Shown here one piece after another: positions 1 through 10,469 of a DNA stretch of 64,000 nt. The notes under the pieces are model-generated. The model was given only the letters and a program-made list of their open reading frames with translations. It ran no database searches and was not told where the DNA came from. Within the stretch, counting starts at the first letter, position 1, and each line of letters begins with the position of its first letter. A program made the translations under genes and the position numbers. This DNA comes from a virus (lineage: Duplodnaviria > Caudoviricetes): positions 884 through 64,883 of IMG/VR virus record IMGVR_UViG_3300048123_000029; one strand, written 5' to 3'.

Positions 1-1
1 T

Positions 2-1621
2 GCGCCTGTTACTGCAGACAAAGCTATTGGTTTAAATACAACTAAACTTGGTAGTGTTTACGGTGAATATCCAGATTTAAGAGTTGCATCTAGATCTTTA
101 AATGATCCAGGTGTATTAGATTTATTTAGACCAGATGGAGATGTTCAAGCTGGCGACAGGGTTGGTATTTTGCAGTATAGTCTTGACGATCAATCTGCAT
201 ACGCTGTAGCGCAAATAGAAGTAAAAACAATTGGTAATTCTGGATCTGGCAACTCAGGAGGTGGTAAATTTTGTATTAAAACATCTACAAATGTTTCAGG
301 CGCTCAACCAACAGAAAGACTTTGTATAGACAATACTGGAGCAGATTTTTCAGTACCTATAAATGTAACAGACTTAAACCAATCAAGTTTTGCAGGTCAA
401 GTGACAATACCAACTACCCCCGTAGCAGCAACTGATGCAGCTTCTAAAGCTTATGTTGATTCACAATTTAGCGGCGGAAGTGTAACAGGAACTGGCACAA
501 CTAACGCGCTACCCATATGGTCAGACGGACCAAACGGAGTTTTAGGGGATTCGCCTATAACTCAAATATTAGATTTTGGGGGTAATGTTAAAGAAATAAA
601 TATAGCGACCACATCAGGTAATGCAGCTCATTTTGACATAAATGGGGCAGGCGGCAAAGTAATTTTTGGTCTTCCATCCTCTACTCCGGCATTCGAACTA
701 AAAATTGACAATACTGGTTATTATAGCCGTAACTTTCAGATGCGTGGAACTTTAGCTGTAGGAAGATCGCAACAATCCACAGCCGCTACTTTAGACGTAG
801 GTAACGCAGGGGATCTTTACCCGGCTGCATTGTTTAGACACGGTGTTGTAATATCAAACAACCCATCAGGCGTTCAAGTTGACAACACGTCAATGGTTAT
901 TGGTGCTGGTAACAACGACGTTGTATATGGGTCTGACAATTGTTTAGTTGTAGGTAACAATAATAGAATACTAGAAGACTCAGACAACTCATTAGCAGTA
1001 GGGCAGGGCAACACCATCACAAACAATTCTGATAACTCTTTTGCTATAGGGCAAGGCAATACAATAGATGGATCCAATACCGGAACAAATTCTGTTAGAT
1101 CTCAAGTATTAGGATATCAAAACTCGCTAACTGGTTCCTTTTCATCTCTTATAGCAGGTGGTCAAAACACAGTTACAACAAGTCAAAACGCGGTTGCTTT
1201 AGGATTTAGCCACACATTATCTGGTGCTGATTCTATGTTTGCTTTTGGCGAAAACAATACTGGGCCATCAGGGGCTAATGACAACAACTCATTTATGATT
1301 GGGGGTAACCTGACGGGAACCGATGGCACCATGGCGTTAGGCTTTAGAAATGACACATCATCTTACCCTGCTACAGATTATTCTAATGGATTAGGTAACA
1401 CTAAATTCGCGGTATCAGTAGGAACAGTTACTAATTCCAATGCAATTATTATAACTGAAGGCGGTGTTAATAGAGGTGGCGGCGTTGCTCAAGTGCCACG
1501 TGTAGTGCTTCCGACAGTTGTAGAATTTAATTTTGCCAATGATGCAGACGCTGCTTCTAATGGTATACCTGTTGGTGGAATATATCATCATAACGGTAAT
1601 TTAAAAATAAGAATAATATAA
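2..1621 (+). CDS. Tail fibre/adhesin-like protein, 5'-partial; YadA-head-like beta-roll repeats
   Basis: Frame is open from position 2, so the track's TTG at 170 is internal. G/N/S/T-rich, with repeats such as NSLAVGQGNTI / NSFAIGQGNTI. Confidence 0.7.
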   Translation, partial: APVTADKAIGLNTTKLGSVYGEYPDLRVASRSLNDPGVLDLFRPDGDVQAGDRVGILQYSLDDQSAYAVAQIEVKTIGNSGSGNSGGGKFCIKTSTNVSGAQPTERLCIDNTGADFSVPINVTDLNQSSFAGQVTIPTTPVAATDAASKAYVDSQFSGGSVTGTGTTNALPIWSDGPNGVLGDSPITQILDFGGNVKEINIATTSGNAAHFDINGAGGKVIFGLPSSTPAFELKIDNTGYYSRNFQMRGTLAVGRSQQSTAATLDVGNAGDLYPAALFRHGVVISNNPSGVQVDNTSMVIGAGNNDVVYGSDNCLVVGNNNRILEDSDNSLAVGQGNTITNNSDNSFAIGQGNTIDGSNTGTNSVRSQVLGYQNSLTGSFSSLIAGGQNTVTTSQNAVALGFSHTLSGADSMFAFGENNTGPSGANDNNSFMIGGNLTGTDGTMALGFRNDTSSYPATDYSNGLGNTKFAVSVGTVTNSNAIIITEGGVNRGGGVAQVPRVVLPTVVEFNFANDADAASNGIPVGGIYHHNGNLKIRII

Positions 1622-1622
1622 T

Positions 1623-2339
1623 ATGGCTAGAATAAGCACATACGCTTTAGACGCTAAACCGGATTTAGCAGATAAAGTATTAGGAACAAATACATCCGCA
1701 GGGGCAGCCAATCAAACAAAGAATTACTCTTTGAACGATATGGTAAAAATGTTTAATAAAGAAAATGCTATTGCCATCGCGGGGCAAGCTATATTTGAAT
1801 TTCAATCAGACAAATTATTAGATGGCAGAGATAGCGGTACTATTAGTTTTAGAGCGGGAGAAGGTATTGATACCCCTTTTCAAAATATAGGCGAATTATT
1901 TATAAGTATTAAAAATAGCGGCAATAAAAGAATAATTGAGCTATTACAGACAATGGTCAAATCCAGAATTATATTGTGTCAAACAGACGATATAAATAAC
2001 TTTGGCGCTTATTATTTAGACAACTTATTACAAGATTCAATAGAGACAGATTTTTATGTTGCTACGTTAGCGCCCGATCCTGATATGGTAAATGGCGTTA
2101 TAAAAGAGAATAAATATTATGCAATAGCGGAATACTTTAAGCAAGATGCGTTTGAAGTGTGGGACCAATCATCAGCATCTAACGTTTGGGCTATAACACA
2201 TACACTTGACAAAAAACCGTCAATTACAGTTGTAGATTCTGGAGACAATAAAGTATATGGAAAAATAGACTATATAGATAACAATAACTTAACAATAACA
2301 TTTAACGCCGCATTTTCCGGCAAGGCTTATTTAAACTAA
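1623..2339 (+). CDS. Tail/tail-fibre-associated structural protein
   Basis: N-terminus MARISTY...DKVLGT resembles that of the 60490 fibre. C-terminal small beta domain WAITHTLDKKPSITVVD...FSGKAYLN. Confidence 0.55.
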   Translation: MARISTYALDAKPDLADKVLGTNTSAGAANQTKNYSLNDMVKMFNKENAIAIAGQAIFEFQSDKLLDGRDSGTISFRAGEGIDTPFQNIGELFISIKNSGNKRIIELLQTMVKSRIILCQTDDINNFGAYYLDNLLQDSIETDFYVATLAPDPDMVNGVIKENKYYAIAEYFKQDAFEVWDQSSASNVWAITHTLDKKPSITVVDSGDNKVYGKIDYIDNNNLTITFNAAFSGKAYLN

Positions 2340-2345
2340 CAAATC

Positions 2346-3905
2346 ATGGCAGACATTAAATTTTTAGCCGGTCTCGATATAGACGGCAATATTAACTTAA
2401 ACAAAGGGCAGCTACAATCACCGGTAATTCACCCTTTATCAGCAAACCCCGCATCTCCCGAGGTAGGACAGTTGTATTATAATACTGGCGACTCTGAGCT
2501 AAGAATATACACTAGCGGCGGTTGGATCCCAGTAGGGGCAGACACGGATAACTATGTAGATGACGGTTCTTATAGCGGTGGTACTTTAACATTAGAGAGA
2601 ACTGGTACACTTGGGGATATTGATATTAGTGGTTTTCTTGAAATAGGTACAGGCGCAACGCAAGCTTTGGCAGGTAACACAACTACAATAACAACCACTC
2701 AGGCTGCTGCGATAATTACTAATAGCGGTAAAACATCCTTTCCTGGATTTGGCACTACAGCTGGTACAGCTTTAGAAGGAAATACAATAATACCCGCAGA
2801 CAGTTTATCAGATGTTCTTAGTAGAGGCAATACAACAGGTGGTACTGATATTGAAGTAGAAGCGGGAGACGACATCACACTAACCGATTCGTCTAAAATT
2901 ATAATGGATTCAGATTTCCAAATATATAAAACTCTTGGGAACAATGCTATTATATCAGAAACTGGCTCAGGCGATTTATTGCTATTGTCAAACAATGAGG
3001 TTGAGATTAAGTCAGGGGAACTTGGAGAAACATATGCTAAGTTTACAAAAGATGCGGGTATAGAGCTTTATACTAATGATAGTAAAAAATTCGAAACCAC
3101 CTCAACTGGTATTACTATAACCGGTAAAGGTTTATCTACAGCTACAGCGGTAAATGACGCTAGCACAACATTAACCACAAAGGGTTATGTTGATGGGGAG
3201 ATTAGCTCAGCTATTGCGGGCCAACTTGTTTTCCAAGGTGGGTATGACGCAAGTACAGACCCTCCAACTGGAACAGGAATATTAAAAGGTTATACATATG
3301 TTGTTACCACTGCTGGTAGCGGTACAGGCGGCTCTTTTTGGTCTGTTCCATTAGAAGTTGGTGATCTTATTATAGCCGAAAGCGATCAACCTACAACTGA
3401 AAGCGACTGGACAGAAGTTAACAAAAATATTGATATAGCAACTACCTCAACAGTTGGTGTTGTTCAGCCTAGCTCAGATAACTTTGCTATTAGTGGTACA
3501 GGATTGCTTACTATTAAAAATAACGGCGTTGCTCTTGGCACAGAAACAACTGGTAATTATGTGGCCTCTTTAACGGGCAGTACAAACGTAACTGTCTCAG
3601 GCGGTACAGGCGAAGGGTCAACACCTTCTGTTAGTGTCCCTAATTCAAATATTGATGCCAGAATAACCAATAGACAATATGCAGGTTTGATTGGTAATGG
3701 CTCATTAACAGATGTACCCGTAACTTCCTCAACGCACGGGCTAGGAACTGATTCATCTCAGTTTATGGTTCAGCTTGTACAAGTGTCTAATGGCGAAACA
3801 GTTCATGCAGAAGTAACTAGAGGTGCAAGTGGTTTAGTAACAGTTGGATTTACTACAGCACCAGCAACAAACGCTATTAGAATTTTAATTAATAAAATAG
3901 GATAA
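2346..3905 (+). CDS. Tail fibre protein
   Basis: 519 aa, G/T-rich, PEVGQLYYNT motif, C-terminal THGLGT...V.V.F domain; lies in the fibre cluster. Confidence 0.65.
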   Translation: MADIKFLAGLDIDGNINLNKGQLQSPVIHPLSANPASPEVGQLYYNTGDSELRIYTSGGWIPVGADTDNYVDDGSYSGGTLTLERTGTLGDIDISGFLEIGTGATQALAGNTTTITTTQAAAIITNSGKTSFPGFGTTAGTALEGNTIIPADSLSDVLSRGNTTGGTDIEVEAGDDITLTDSSKIIMDSDFQIYKTLGNNAIISETGSGDLLLLSNNEVEIKSGELGETYAKFTKDAGIELYTNDSKKFETTSTGITITGKGLSTATAVNDASTTLTTKGYVDGEISSAIAGQLVFQGGYDASTDPPTGTGILKGYTYVVTTAGSGTGGSFWSVPLEVGDLIIAESDQPTTESDWTEVNKNIDIATTSTVGVVQPSSDNFAISGTGLLTIKNNGVALGTETTGNYVASLTGSTNVTVSGGTGEGSTPSVSVPNSNIDARITNRQYAGLIGNGSLTDVPVTSSTHGLGTDSSQFMVQLVQVSNGETVHAEVTRGASGLVTVGFTTAPATNAIRILINKIG

Positions 3906-3917
3906 TAAAATTAAATT

Positions 3918-4910
3918 ATGTCGGTAAAACATTTATCAGATATTTTAGTAGATGGGAAGATCGGTGTTGGCACCGACTCTCCCACTGCTCAAATAGAAAT
4001 AGCAGATAGTAGTGATAATACATCTGGCCTTAGGTTCAAAACTGTAGGCTCAGGAAATCAAGATAATGTAAACTTCCACTTCCAGGGTACAGCTGGTAGT
4101 GCTCCTTTTTATATATCAAGAGCACAAACAGGCGGAGCGGAGATACAGCTGCAGAGAGATGGCGATATAATACTTAACGGTAACAACGGTGATAATACCG
4201 GAATTGGGACAACCCAGCCATCAGCAAAGTTAGATGTTAATGGTACAACTAGATTCAGAAGCAATTCAACTTTTAACGCTGCTTTATATGTGGGCAATTT
4301 GAGCATGAGTATAGAAGCTCAGCCTATATCAATAGGTGGGTTTGGTGATATTAACGCAGCAAGCTGGGCGCAAAATACATCTATAAGTGGATTAACATTA
4401 AAAAGCTCAGGCGTAACATCAGGATCCTATACTAACGCTAATATAACAGTAGACTCTAAAGGTAGAGTAACATCTGCTTCAAACGGTAGTAGCTCTGGCG
4501 TTGGTGGATCGGGCACAACTAATTACGTGCCTAAATTTAGTAACAGCTCAACATTAACTAATAGTATAATAAGAGATAACGGATCTAGCGTCGCTATAGG
4601 AGCAACACCGGAGTTAGCTAATAAGCTTTTAGTAAATGGCAGTATGAGAGTTGTAGATGATATATATCTAAACACTGGAACGTCAAACTCGATAAAAGGT
4701 ACTAGCGGTGGTGTTGAGATTTATACTAATCATGTCAAAAAGCTTGCCGTTAAATTCGGAGGAGCAACAGAAGTGTATGATGATTTAAAAGTAGATGAAG
4801 ATGTGCTTTGTGAAACTATAGGTAAAGGCTTAGTATTAAGATCGCCAAACGGAACAAGATACAGAATAAAAGTAGACAATAGTGGTAATTTATCAACAGA
4901 AACCTATTAA
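3918..4910 (+). CDS. Tail fibre protein
   Basis: KIGVGTDSP / IGTTQPSAKLDVNG repeats typical of Bacteroidota phage fibres; GSYTNANITVDSKGRVTSASNG; C-terminal LRSPNGTRYRIKVDNSG. Confidence 0.7.
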   Translation: MSVKHLSDILVDGKIGVGTDSPTAQIEIADSSDNTSGLRFKTVGSGNQDNVNFHFQGTAGSAPFYISRAQTGGAEIQLQRDGDIILNGNNGDNTGIGTTQPSAKLDVNGTTRFRSNSTFNAALYVGNLSMSIEAQPISIGGFGDINAASWAQNTSISGLTLKSSGVTSGSYTNANITVDSKGRVTSASNGSSSGVGGSGTTNYVPKFSNSSTLTNSIIRDNGSSVAIGATPELANKLLVNGSMRVVDDIYLNTGTSNSIKGTSGGVEIYTNHVKKLAVKFGGATEVYDDLKVDEDVLCETIGKGLVLRSPNGTRYRIKVDNSGNLSTETY

Positions 4911-4937
4911 TAAGAAATTAGATTACTTAAGAATTAG

Positions 4938-4947
4938 GTAATTATAT
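4938..4947 (+). promoter_or_regulatory. Putative middle/late promoter element GTAATHATA
   Basis: GTAATTATAT in an intergenic gap. Related copies at 16121, 29005, 60230 (+) and 50541-50550 (-), each ahead of a gene block. Confidence 0.5.
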
Positions 4948-4977
4948 AACCAATAGTAATAATTAAAACCAAAACCA

Positions 4978-5271
4978 ATGACACTATATTACCAGACTAA
5001 TACGTGGACTAGTCAACCACAACCAACAGAAAAAGCCGTAGAAACCTGGAAACACGCATCCACTAAGGCTAACTGGCGTATTGTTCAGTTACCAAATGGA
5101 TTCTACCAAACAGAAATAAAAGTACCAGACGAAGATTCTTGGAAAGATATTACAAGGAGAGAAACTATCGAGGGTGCAGAAGCGGCAATTGACGGATCAA
5201 TTCAATATTATCAGAAAAAACTTGATTTTATAAAAGGCCCTAAAGTTGTAAAGACTTTTGAAAAAGAGTAA
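4978..5271 (+). CDS. Hypothetical protein preceding GroEL
   Basis: 97-aa ORF with an A-rich leader. Confidence 0.6.
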   Translation: MTLYYQTNTWTSQPQPTEKAVETWKHASTKANWRIVQLPNGFYQTEIKVPDEDSWKDITRRETIEGAEAAIDGSIQYYQKKLDFIKGPKVVKTFEKE

Positions 5272-5291
5272 ATAATTTAAAATTTAATTTA

Positions 5292-6845
5292 ATGGAATTT
5301 AATAACCCTAGTGAGATAGTTAAAACTCTCACATTTGGCAATGAAGCCAAAGAGCAAATTATGCAAGGCGTCGAAAAATTGTCAAACGCAGTAAAGAGCA
5401 CGTTAGGTGCTTCTGGAAAATGCGTTATATATGAAGACGCTCTTGGAAAACCGGTAATAACAAAAGATGGTGTAACCGTTGCGGAAAGCGTAGTCTTATT
5501 ACATCCGGTTGAGAACATTGGCGCAACACTCATAAAAGAGGCGGCAAGCAATACGGTAAAAGAAGCCGGGGACGGTACAACAACATCAACTGTCCTCGCG
5601 CATTCTTTACTAAAAACAGTTAATGAAAATTTAGATGAAGAAAAAGTTAGAGAGCTTAAAAGCGGCATTGCTACTGGTGCTGAAAAAGTTATGGTTTATC
5701 TTGATAAAACCAGTATTGAAATTAAAGGTGATATGCTTAAGCAAGTTGCTGGTATTTCATGCAACAACGACTCAGAGCTTGGAGATAAAATTGGACAAGC
5801 TTATGAAAAAGTTGGAAAAAATGGAGTTGTTCTAATGGAAGAATCCGATACAAATGAAACTTATGTTGAGTTTGTTGATGGAGTTCAATTTGATAGCGGT
5901 TTAAAATCACCGCATTTAGCTACAGATAAAAATAAGGGCTCAGCTACATTAGAAGACCCATATATACTTATAGTTTCTTCACCTATACCCAATATACGAA
6001 GAATACAAAATGTATTAGAGTTTGTAATTAAAAATAAGAAAAGTTTATTAATAGTTGCAGACGTAGAGCAGCAGCCGTATCAAACGTTATTAGCTAATAA
6101 AGTAAAAGGCAATATAAAAGTAAATATTGTTGACATACCAGGCTTTGGCCCAACTAAACAGCAGACGCTTGAAGACCTTGCTATATTAACTGGCGCTAAC
6201 ATAATAAACGAGGAGTTAGGGGACGATTTAGACCTCATAGACCCTGATGTATTAGGCAAAGCGTTTAAAGCTGTTACAGACGACAAAAACACTGTTCTGC
6301 AAGTAGCCGAAGCAAATGAAGAGGTTGCATTAAGAATAATGGATGTTGAAAAGCAAATAAGCGAAGAGACTAATCCGTTTTTTAAGAAACAATTAGAGCA
6401 AAGGCTATCAATGCTTACCGGTCAAGTTGGTATAGTTTATGTTGGAGCAGACTCTAAAGTTGAATTAAAAGAAAAGAAAGATCGTGTTGAAGATGCGATT
6501 TATGCGACGAAAGCCGCTTATAAAGAAGGTATAGTCCCGGGCGGGGGTGTAGCTTTGCTAAATGCTTCTACACTGATTAAGCCGAAAAATAAAGGTGAAG
6601 AGATATTGCTTGCTGCAATAAGATCACCGTATGAGACTATATTAGAAAACGCTAATATGCAAGTAGTTTATCCTCAAATCAAAAACAGGGGTATAGACGT
6701 TAAAACAGGTAAAGATGTTAATATGATTAAAGCCGGTATTATAGATCCGGTGTTAGTTACTAAAACAGCTTTAAAGAACGCAGTAAGTGTTGTCAATACA
6801 ATTATATCTGCCGATTGTATAATCAGTAATAAAAGATTAGCATGA
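5292..6845 (+). CDS. groEL: Phage chaperonin GroEL (Cpn60)
   Basis: ITKDGVTVA, AGDGTTT (ATP binding), PGFG, EKKDRVEDA, GIVPGGG, GIIDP; no GGM tail. Confidence 0.97.
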   Translation: MEFNNPSEIVKTLTFGNEAKEQIMQGVEKLSNAVKSTLGASGKCVIYEDALGKPVITKDGVTVAESVVLLHPVENIGATLIKEAASNTVKEAGDGTTTSTVLAHSLLKTVNENLDEEKVRELKSGIATGAEKVMVYLDKTSIEIKGDMLKQVAGISCNNDSELGDKIGQAYEKVGKNGVVLMEESDTNETYVEFVDGVQFDSGLKSPHLATDKNKGSATLEDPYILIVSSPIPNIRRIQNVLEFVIKNKKSLLIVADVEQQPYQTLLANKVKGNIKVNIVDIPGFGPTKQQTLEDLAILTGANIINEELGDDLDLIDPDVLGKAFKAVTDDKNTVLQVAEANEEVALRIMDVEKQISEETNPFFKKQLEQRLSMLTGQVGIVYVGADSKVELKEKKDRVEDAIYATKAAYKEGIVPGGGVALLNASTLIKPKNKGEEILLAAIRSPYETILENANMQVVYPQIKNRGIDVKTGKDVNMIKAGIIDPVLVTKTALKNAVSVVNTIISADCIISNKRLA

Positions 6846-7099
6846 AAGCAATAAATCATTTTGTAATTGTAGATAAAATTAAAGAGCAGCCAACAAAAGT
6901 TGGTGGGCTAGAGCTTACTGAAAAACAAAATAAAGACGTTCGTTACGTTAAAGGTAGAGTAATAAGTATAGGCGACCAAATAGATATACTGCAAGACGGT
7001 GATTTTGTTAGATATGACAAACACGCTGGGCATGGAATAGAATGGAACGATCATTTGTATTATGTGCTAAAAATTTCAGATATAGTACTTATAGAATGA
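6842..7099 (+). CDS. groES: Co-chaperonin GroES (Cpn10)
   Basis: 85 aa; mobile-loop-like TKVGGLEL, GRVISIG, GDFVRYDKHAG; ATGA overlap with groEL. Confidence 0.85.
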   Translation: MKAINHFVIVDKIKEQPTKVGGLELTEKQNKDVRYVKGRVISIGDQIDILQDGDFVRYDKHAGHGIEWNDHLYYVLKISDIVLIE

Positions 7100-7536
7100 G
7101 GCTAACTGGAACAGATCTGCAGGATATGAATTTGTTAAAGTATTACAGGCTTATCAGAAGGTGGGCCTGTAAGACTTATGACTTAAAAGATGCAGATTTA
7201 GAGCTACTTATTTACTTAGATTGCAAAATGCTTTTTACACGTAATGATTTTATTAATGGTGTGTACACCTATAGCTGGGATAAAAACCGGTGGGAACGCT
7301 TAAGGCGGAATGGTTGGATTGATGTATTTAAAGAAAGAAATAGGACTACTTCAAAGTATGCTGTTTATAAAACATCAAACAAATGCAAGCTTTTAATTAA
7401 AAGAATATACAGAATAATGTTAGCAGAGGAAGATTTGCCAACATCTGAACGAAGTACATTTTATAAAAACAAAACATATACGGATAAAGTTTATAACAAA
7501 GCTATTGACGATATGATTAACGATAAAGAACGATGA
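7096..7536 (+). CDS. Hypothetical protein, possibly winged-helix DNA-binding
   Basis: Start moved to ATG 7096 (ATGA overlap with the groES stop). DLELLIYL...WERLRRNGWI pattern. Confidence 0.5.
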   Translation: MRLTGTDLQDMNLLKYYRLIRRWACKTYDLKDADLELLIYLDCKMLFTRNDFINGVYTYSWDKNRWERLRRNGWIDVFKERNRTTSKYAVYKTSNKCKLLIKRIYRIMLAEEDLPTSERSTFYKNKTYTDKVYNKAIDDMINDKER

Positions 7537-7904
7537 GTTTCAAATTAAAGTCTAAAGGTGAAATATTCGGTATCAACGAAGAACTATCTGAGTTTGGTAG
7601 ACCAGTTTTTGAAAAAGATTTAGGCGATGGTATTATAGCAGAAGCTAATCGTGATGGTACTACTTTTGTAAATAAAAATGTAAGCGAAAAAGAAAAGCGT
7701 GATTCTATTCCCGAAGAAAATAATCACCACGACCAAATGATAACAGGCCGTTTGCAATATACAAACGAAGAAGTTACTTGGAAAAAAGATACAAAGTCAC
7801 CAGCTAGAGTATATCAGCGTGTTGGCGGAAGAATAGTAAATAAAACAACAAATGAGCCAGAAGGCGGTAACCTTGAATGGGAAGCTGAGGCTAAAAAAGC
7901 ATAA
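7533..7904 (+). CDS. Hypothetical protein, zincin-like with atypical EExxH
   Basis: IIAEANRDGTTFVN...PEENNHHDQM...LEWEAEA. Confidence 0.45.
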   Translation: MSFKLKSKGEIFGINEELSEFGRPVFEKDLGDGIIAEANRDGTTFVNKNVSEKEKRDSIPEENNHHDQMITGRLQYTNEEVTWKKDTKSPARVYQRVGGRIVNKTTNEPEGGNLEWEAEAKKA

Positions 7905-7906
7905 TT

Positions 7907-8890
7907 ATGGCAAACCCAATTACAGCAATAGCATCTCGCTCATGCGCGAAGAACTCTTTACTTAAACAAACCGAAGATGATTTGTCTAAAGGATCATCTA
8001 CTAGAGAGGTGTCAACAGCAGATGTCCAACAAAATATTGGCGGTGGGCGAGCTATATCGGGTGATCAAACCGATACTACAATAACCACGCCAGGCTCAGG
8101 GGGAACTCCTGCGGACCCGGGATCGAGTGGTAGAGTTGTTAAGGCTGCAGAAAATCAAATGTCGGATGAGGCATGGAAAGAATATTTAGCCAAAGAAACA
8201 GCGGAACAAAAACAAAAAAGATACGCTAGAGAACAGGCTGAGGGCCTTAGAGAAGGCTATAAGCCCCCAACACCAGCAACCCCAGGCACCCCTCCAACAT
8301 CTGATACCACTCAAGATTTTGAAATGGATCAAACACAGGTTAAAGGCCAAGAAAACCTAGACTTGCGAGCGGACATACGCCAAGAAAAAATATTAAACAG
8401 ATTAGACAGGCAAGCTGAGCGCAGACAAGATCGTTTTGAAAGAAAAGGTTTAAGTGGCAAAGACAAACGAGCTATGCGCAAACAACAAAGAAAAGATCGC
8501 GCAGCAAGCAATATAGAAAGACAGCAAAATGTTCAAAACTTAATTGCTGATCGTAGAGCTTTAAGAGACTTGCAAAGAGATCAAGGTAGTTTTGGAGGCG
8601 AAAGCTACGGAGTTGGAAATGTTACAGAAACTAAAGAAGGTGTTGTTGATAGAGTTGCAAAAGAATCTTTTACACCTACACAAGTAACTTCAACGCCTAG
8701 CGGTAAAACAAAAGTAGGCGAGGTTATAGAGGGTATTGGTGATGTATTTGCAAAGAAACCAGAAGGCACTGCTGTGGGCAATGCTCTTAGAGGTGTTTTT
8801 GGAAAAAAAGAAGAAGGTAGTTTTGTCGGCAACTTATTACGTGGAGGCAAAAAACCCGCACCACTTCAAAAAAACTATTTTAATAAATAA
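7907..8890 (+). CDS. Hypothetical low-complexity protein, possibly virion-associated
   Basis: 327 aa with P/T/G-rich and R/Q-rich segments. Confidence 0.55.
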   Translation: MANPITAIASRSCAKNSLLKQTEDDLSKGSSTREVSTADVQQNIGGGRAISGDQTDTTITTPGSGGTPADPGSSGRVVKAAENQMSDEAWKEYLAKETAEQKQKRYAREQAEGLREGYKPPTPATPGTPPTSDTTQDFEMDQTQVKGQENLDLRADIRQEKILNRLDRQAERRQDRFERKGLSGKDKRAMRKQQRKDRAASNIERQQNVQNLIADRRALRDLQRDQGSFGGESYGVGNVTETKEGVVDRVAKESFTPTQVTSTPSGKTKVGEVIEGIGDVFAKKPEGTAVGNALRGVFGKKEEGSFVGNLLRGGKKPAPLQKNYFNK

Positions 8891-8893
8891 GAT

Positions 8894-9184
8894 ATGTACG
8901 ATCAACAACCAGCAAGTTCTATGGTGCAAAAGCTCCGTAAGACAACAAAAGGCAAAGGGCGTCATTTTTTAACAGCCGAAGAAGGTGCTGGTATGACAGC
9001 CGCTGGCCGAAAAGCTTACAATAAAAAGACAGGCGGTAATCTTAAAGCACCTCAACCAGGAGGTGGCAAAAGACGAACGTCTTATTGTGCTAGATCAAAG
9101 GGCCAAATGAAACAACACGGTATTAACTGCTCAAAAACGCCAAAGAAAAGAATTTGCGCGGCACGTAGAAGATGGAAGTGTTAA
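8894..9184 (+). CDS. Small basic Cys-containing phage protein
   Basis: RRTSYCARSKG...ARRRWKC. Confidence 0.55.
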   Translation: MYDQQPASSMVQKLRKTTKGKGRHFLTAEEGAGMTAAGRKAYNKKTGGNLKAPQPGGGKRRTSYCARSKGQMKQHGINCSKTPKKRICAARRRWKC

Positions 9185-9294
9185 AACATATATTAGGAAC
9201 CTGCGGGGAAGCTCACGTGAATCTATCACATGTGCTTTTCATTGCATTAATAATTTTAGCTTATGGAGTCAAGAGGTCTAGGCGATACAGTTGA
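9172..9294 (+). CDS. Small membrane protein (40 aa, not in ORF track)
   Basis: MEVLKHILGTCGEAHVNLSHVLFIALIILAYGVKRSRRYS; fills the gap; one hydrophobic helix. Confidence 0.45.
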   Translation: MEVLKHILGTCGEAHVNLSHVLFIALIILAYGVKRSRRYS

Positions 9295-9418
9295 AAAAAT
9301 TACTAAAGCTACAGGTATTAAAACTGTAGTCGATAAAGTGTCCCAGGGTTTGAACATTCCCTGTGGATGTGGGCATCGTAAAGAAAAGTTAAACAAAATG
9401 TTTCCTTATAAAAAATAA
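9263..9418 (+). CDS. Small protein with CGC motif (51 aa, not in ORF track)
   Basis: MESRGLGDTVEKITKATGIK...PCGCGHRKEKLNKMFPYKK. Confidence 0.65.
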   Translation: MESRGLGDTVEKITKATGIKTVVDKVSQGLNIPCGCGHRKEKLNKMFPYKK

Positions 9419-9422
9419 TACA

Positions 9423-9818
9423 ATGGGATATAATAAACCAATTACAGCAAGAATTCAACATTCCACAAATAAGGGAATGAAAGTACAAGAGCCTTTACTA
9501 GATATGGGATCTCCAGCAACGAAAAAAGAATTAAATTACGGTGCAGACACAAGTTTAACAAGCGGCGTTGAAAACAGTAAGTTTGTAGACATAAATAAAT
9601 CCATGGCGGATGGCTTAGATTCTTCTAAAGCACCAACATCGCCAGAAAAGCAAACAAAAGGTCAAACAGATACATTTGGCCCAGGGGGTACTGATCCAAA
9701 TCCTAAGCTTTATGCTGGCATTGTGGCTGACGCAAAAAAACAACCAAAAGCAATGGTGAAAAGTCTTGGCCCAAAAGGTGTGGGTAAAAACTATAAAAAC
9801 GGATATTACGGTAAATAA
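9423..9818 (+). CDS. Hypothetical protein
   Basis: 131-aa ORF; N-terminal KPITARI resembles NPITAIA of the 7907 ORF. Confidence 0.55.
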   Translation: MGYNKPITARIQHSTNKGMKVQEPLLDMGSPATKKELNYGADTSLTSGVENSKFVDINKSMADGLDSSKAPTSPEKQTKGQTDTFGPGGTDPNPKLYAGIVADAKKQPKAMVKSLGPKGVGKNYKNGYYGK

Positions 9819-10216
9819 TGAAAAAAATATGGGAATGGCTTACCGGCGGAGTAATTAAAGAAGTCGGTGATGTCATTGATAAATTAACTACAACTAAAGA
9901 AGAAAAATTAGAAGCTCAGCGATTAATAACTGAGATACTAGAAAAAGCAGATAAAGAAGCGCAAGAGCAAGTAACAGCAAGATGGGAAGCGGATATGAAT
10001 TCAGATTCGTTTTTATCTAAAAACATAAGGCCTATGGTTCTTATATATTTAACTGTTATATTTACAGCACTATGTTTTTTTGATGGTAATATAGGAGAGT
10101 TTAAAATAGCTGAAGACTATATACCAATTTTTCAATCTTTATTAATAACAGTCTACGGGGCGTATTTTGTTGGGCGTACCTGGGAAAAAGCAAAGAAATC
10201 CAGCAATAACAATTAA
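9818..10216 (+). CDS. Holin-like protein (GTA 3TM holin type)
   Basis: RWEADM.SDS.LSKNIRP, two hydrophobic helices, YGAYFVGRTWEK. Confidence 0.7.
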   Translation: MKKIWEWLTGGVIKEVGDVIDKLTTTKEEKLEAQRLITEILEKADKEAQEQVTARWEADMNSDSFLSKNIRPMVLIYLTVIFTALCFFDGNIGEFKIAEDYIPIFQSLLITVYGAYFVGRTWEKAKKSSNNN

Positions 10217-10226
10217 ATTAAATTAA

Positions 10227-10469
10227 ATGGCAAAAAAAGAAAAGCTAACAGCAGAAGAACTAGAAGTTCTAACAAACATTATTAAGCAATTAAATAGCGT
10301 TCAATCACAGATCGGTGGATTAGAGTTACAGAAGCATGAGTTATTACATACATTTGCTCAGGTTAAAACAAAGCTTGATGAGCAGCAAAAAGAGTTGCAA
10401 GATAAGTATGGTGACAAAGTGATTGATATTAACACCGGTGAACTACGTGAGCCTGCTAAGGAAGATTAG
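10227..10469 (+). CDS. Small coiled-coil protein
   Basis: Heptad-rich; C-terminal KYGDKVIDINTG. Confidence 0.6.
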   Translation: MAKKEKLTAEELEVLTNIIKQLNSVQSQIGGLELQKHELLHTFAQVKTKLDEQQKELQDKYGDKVIDINTGELREPAKED

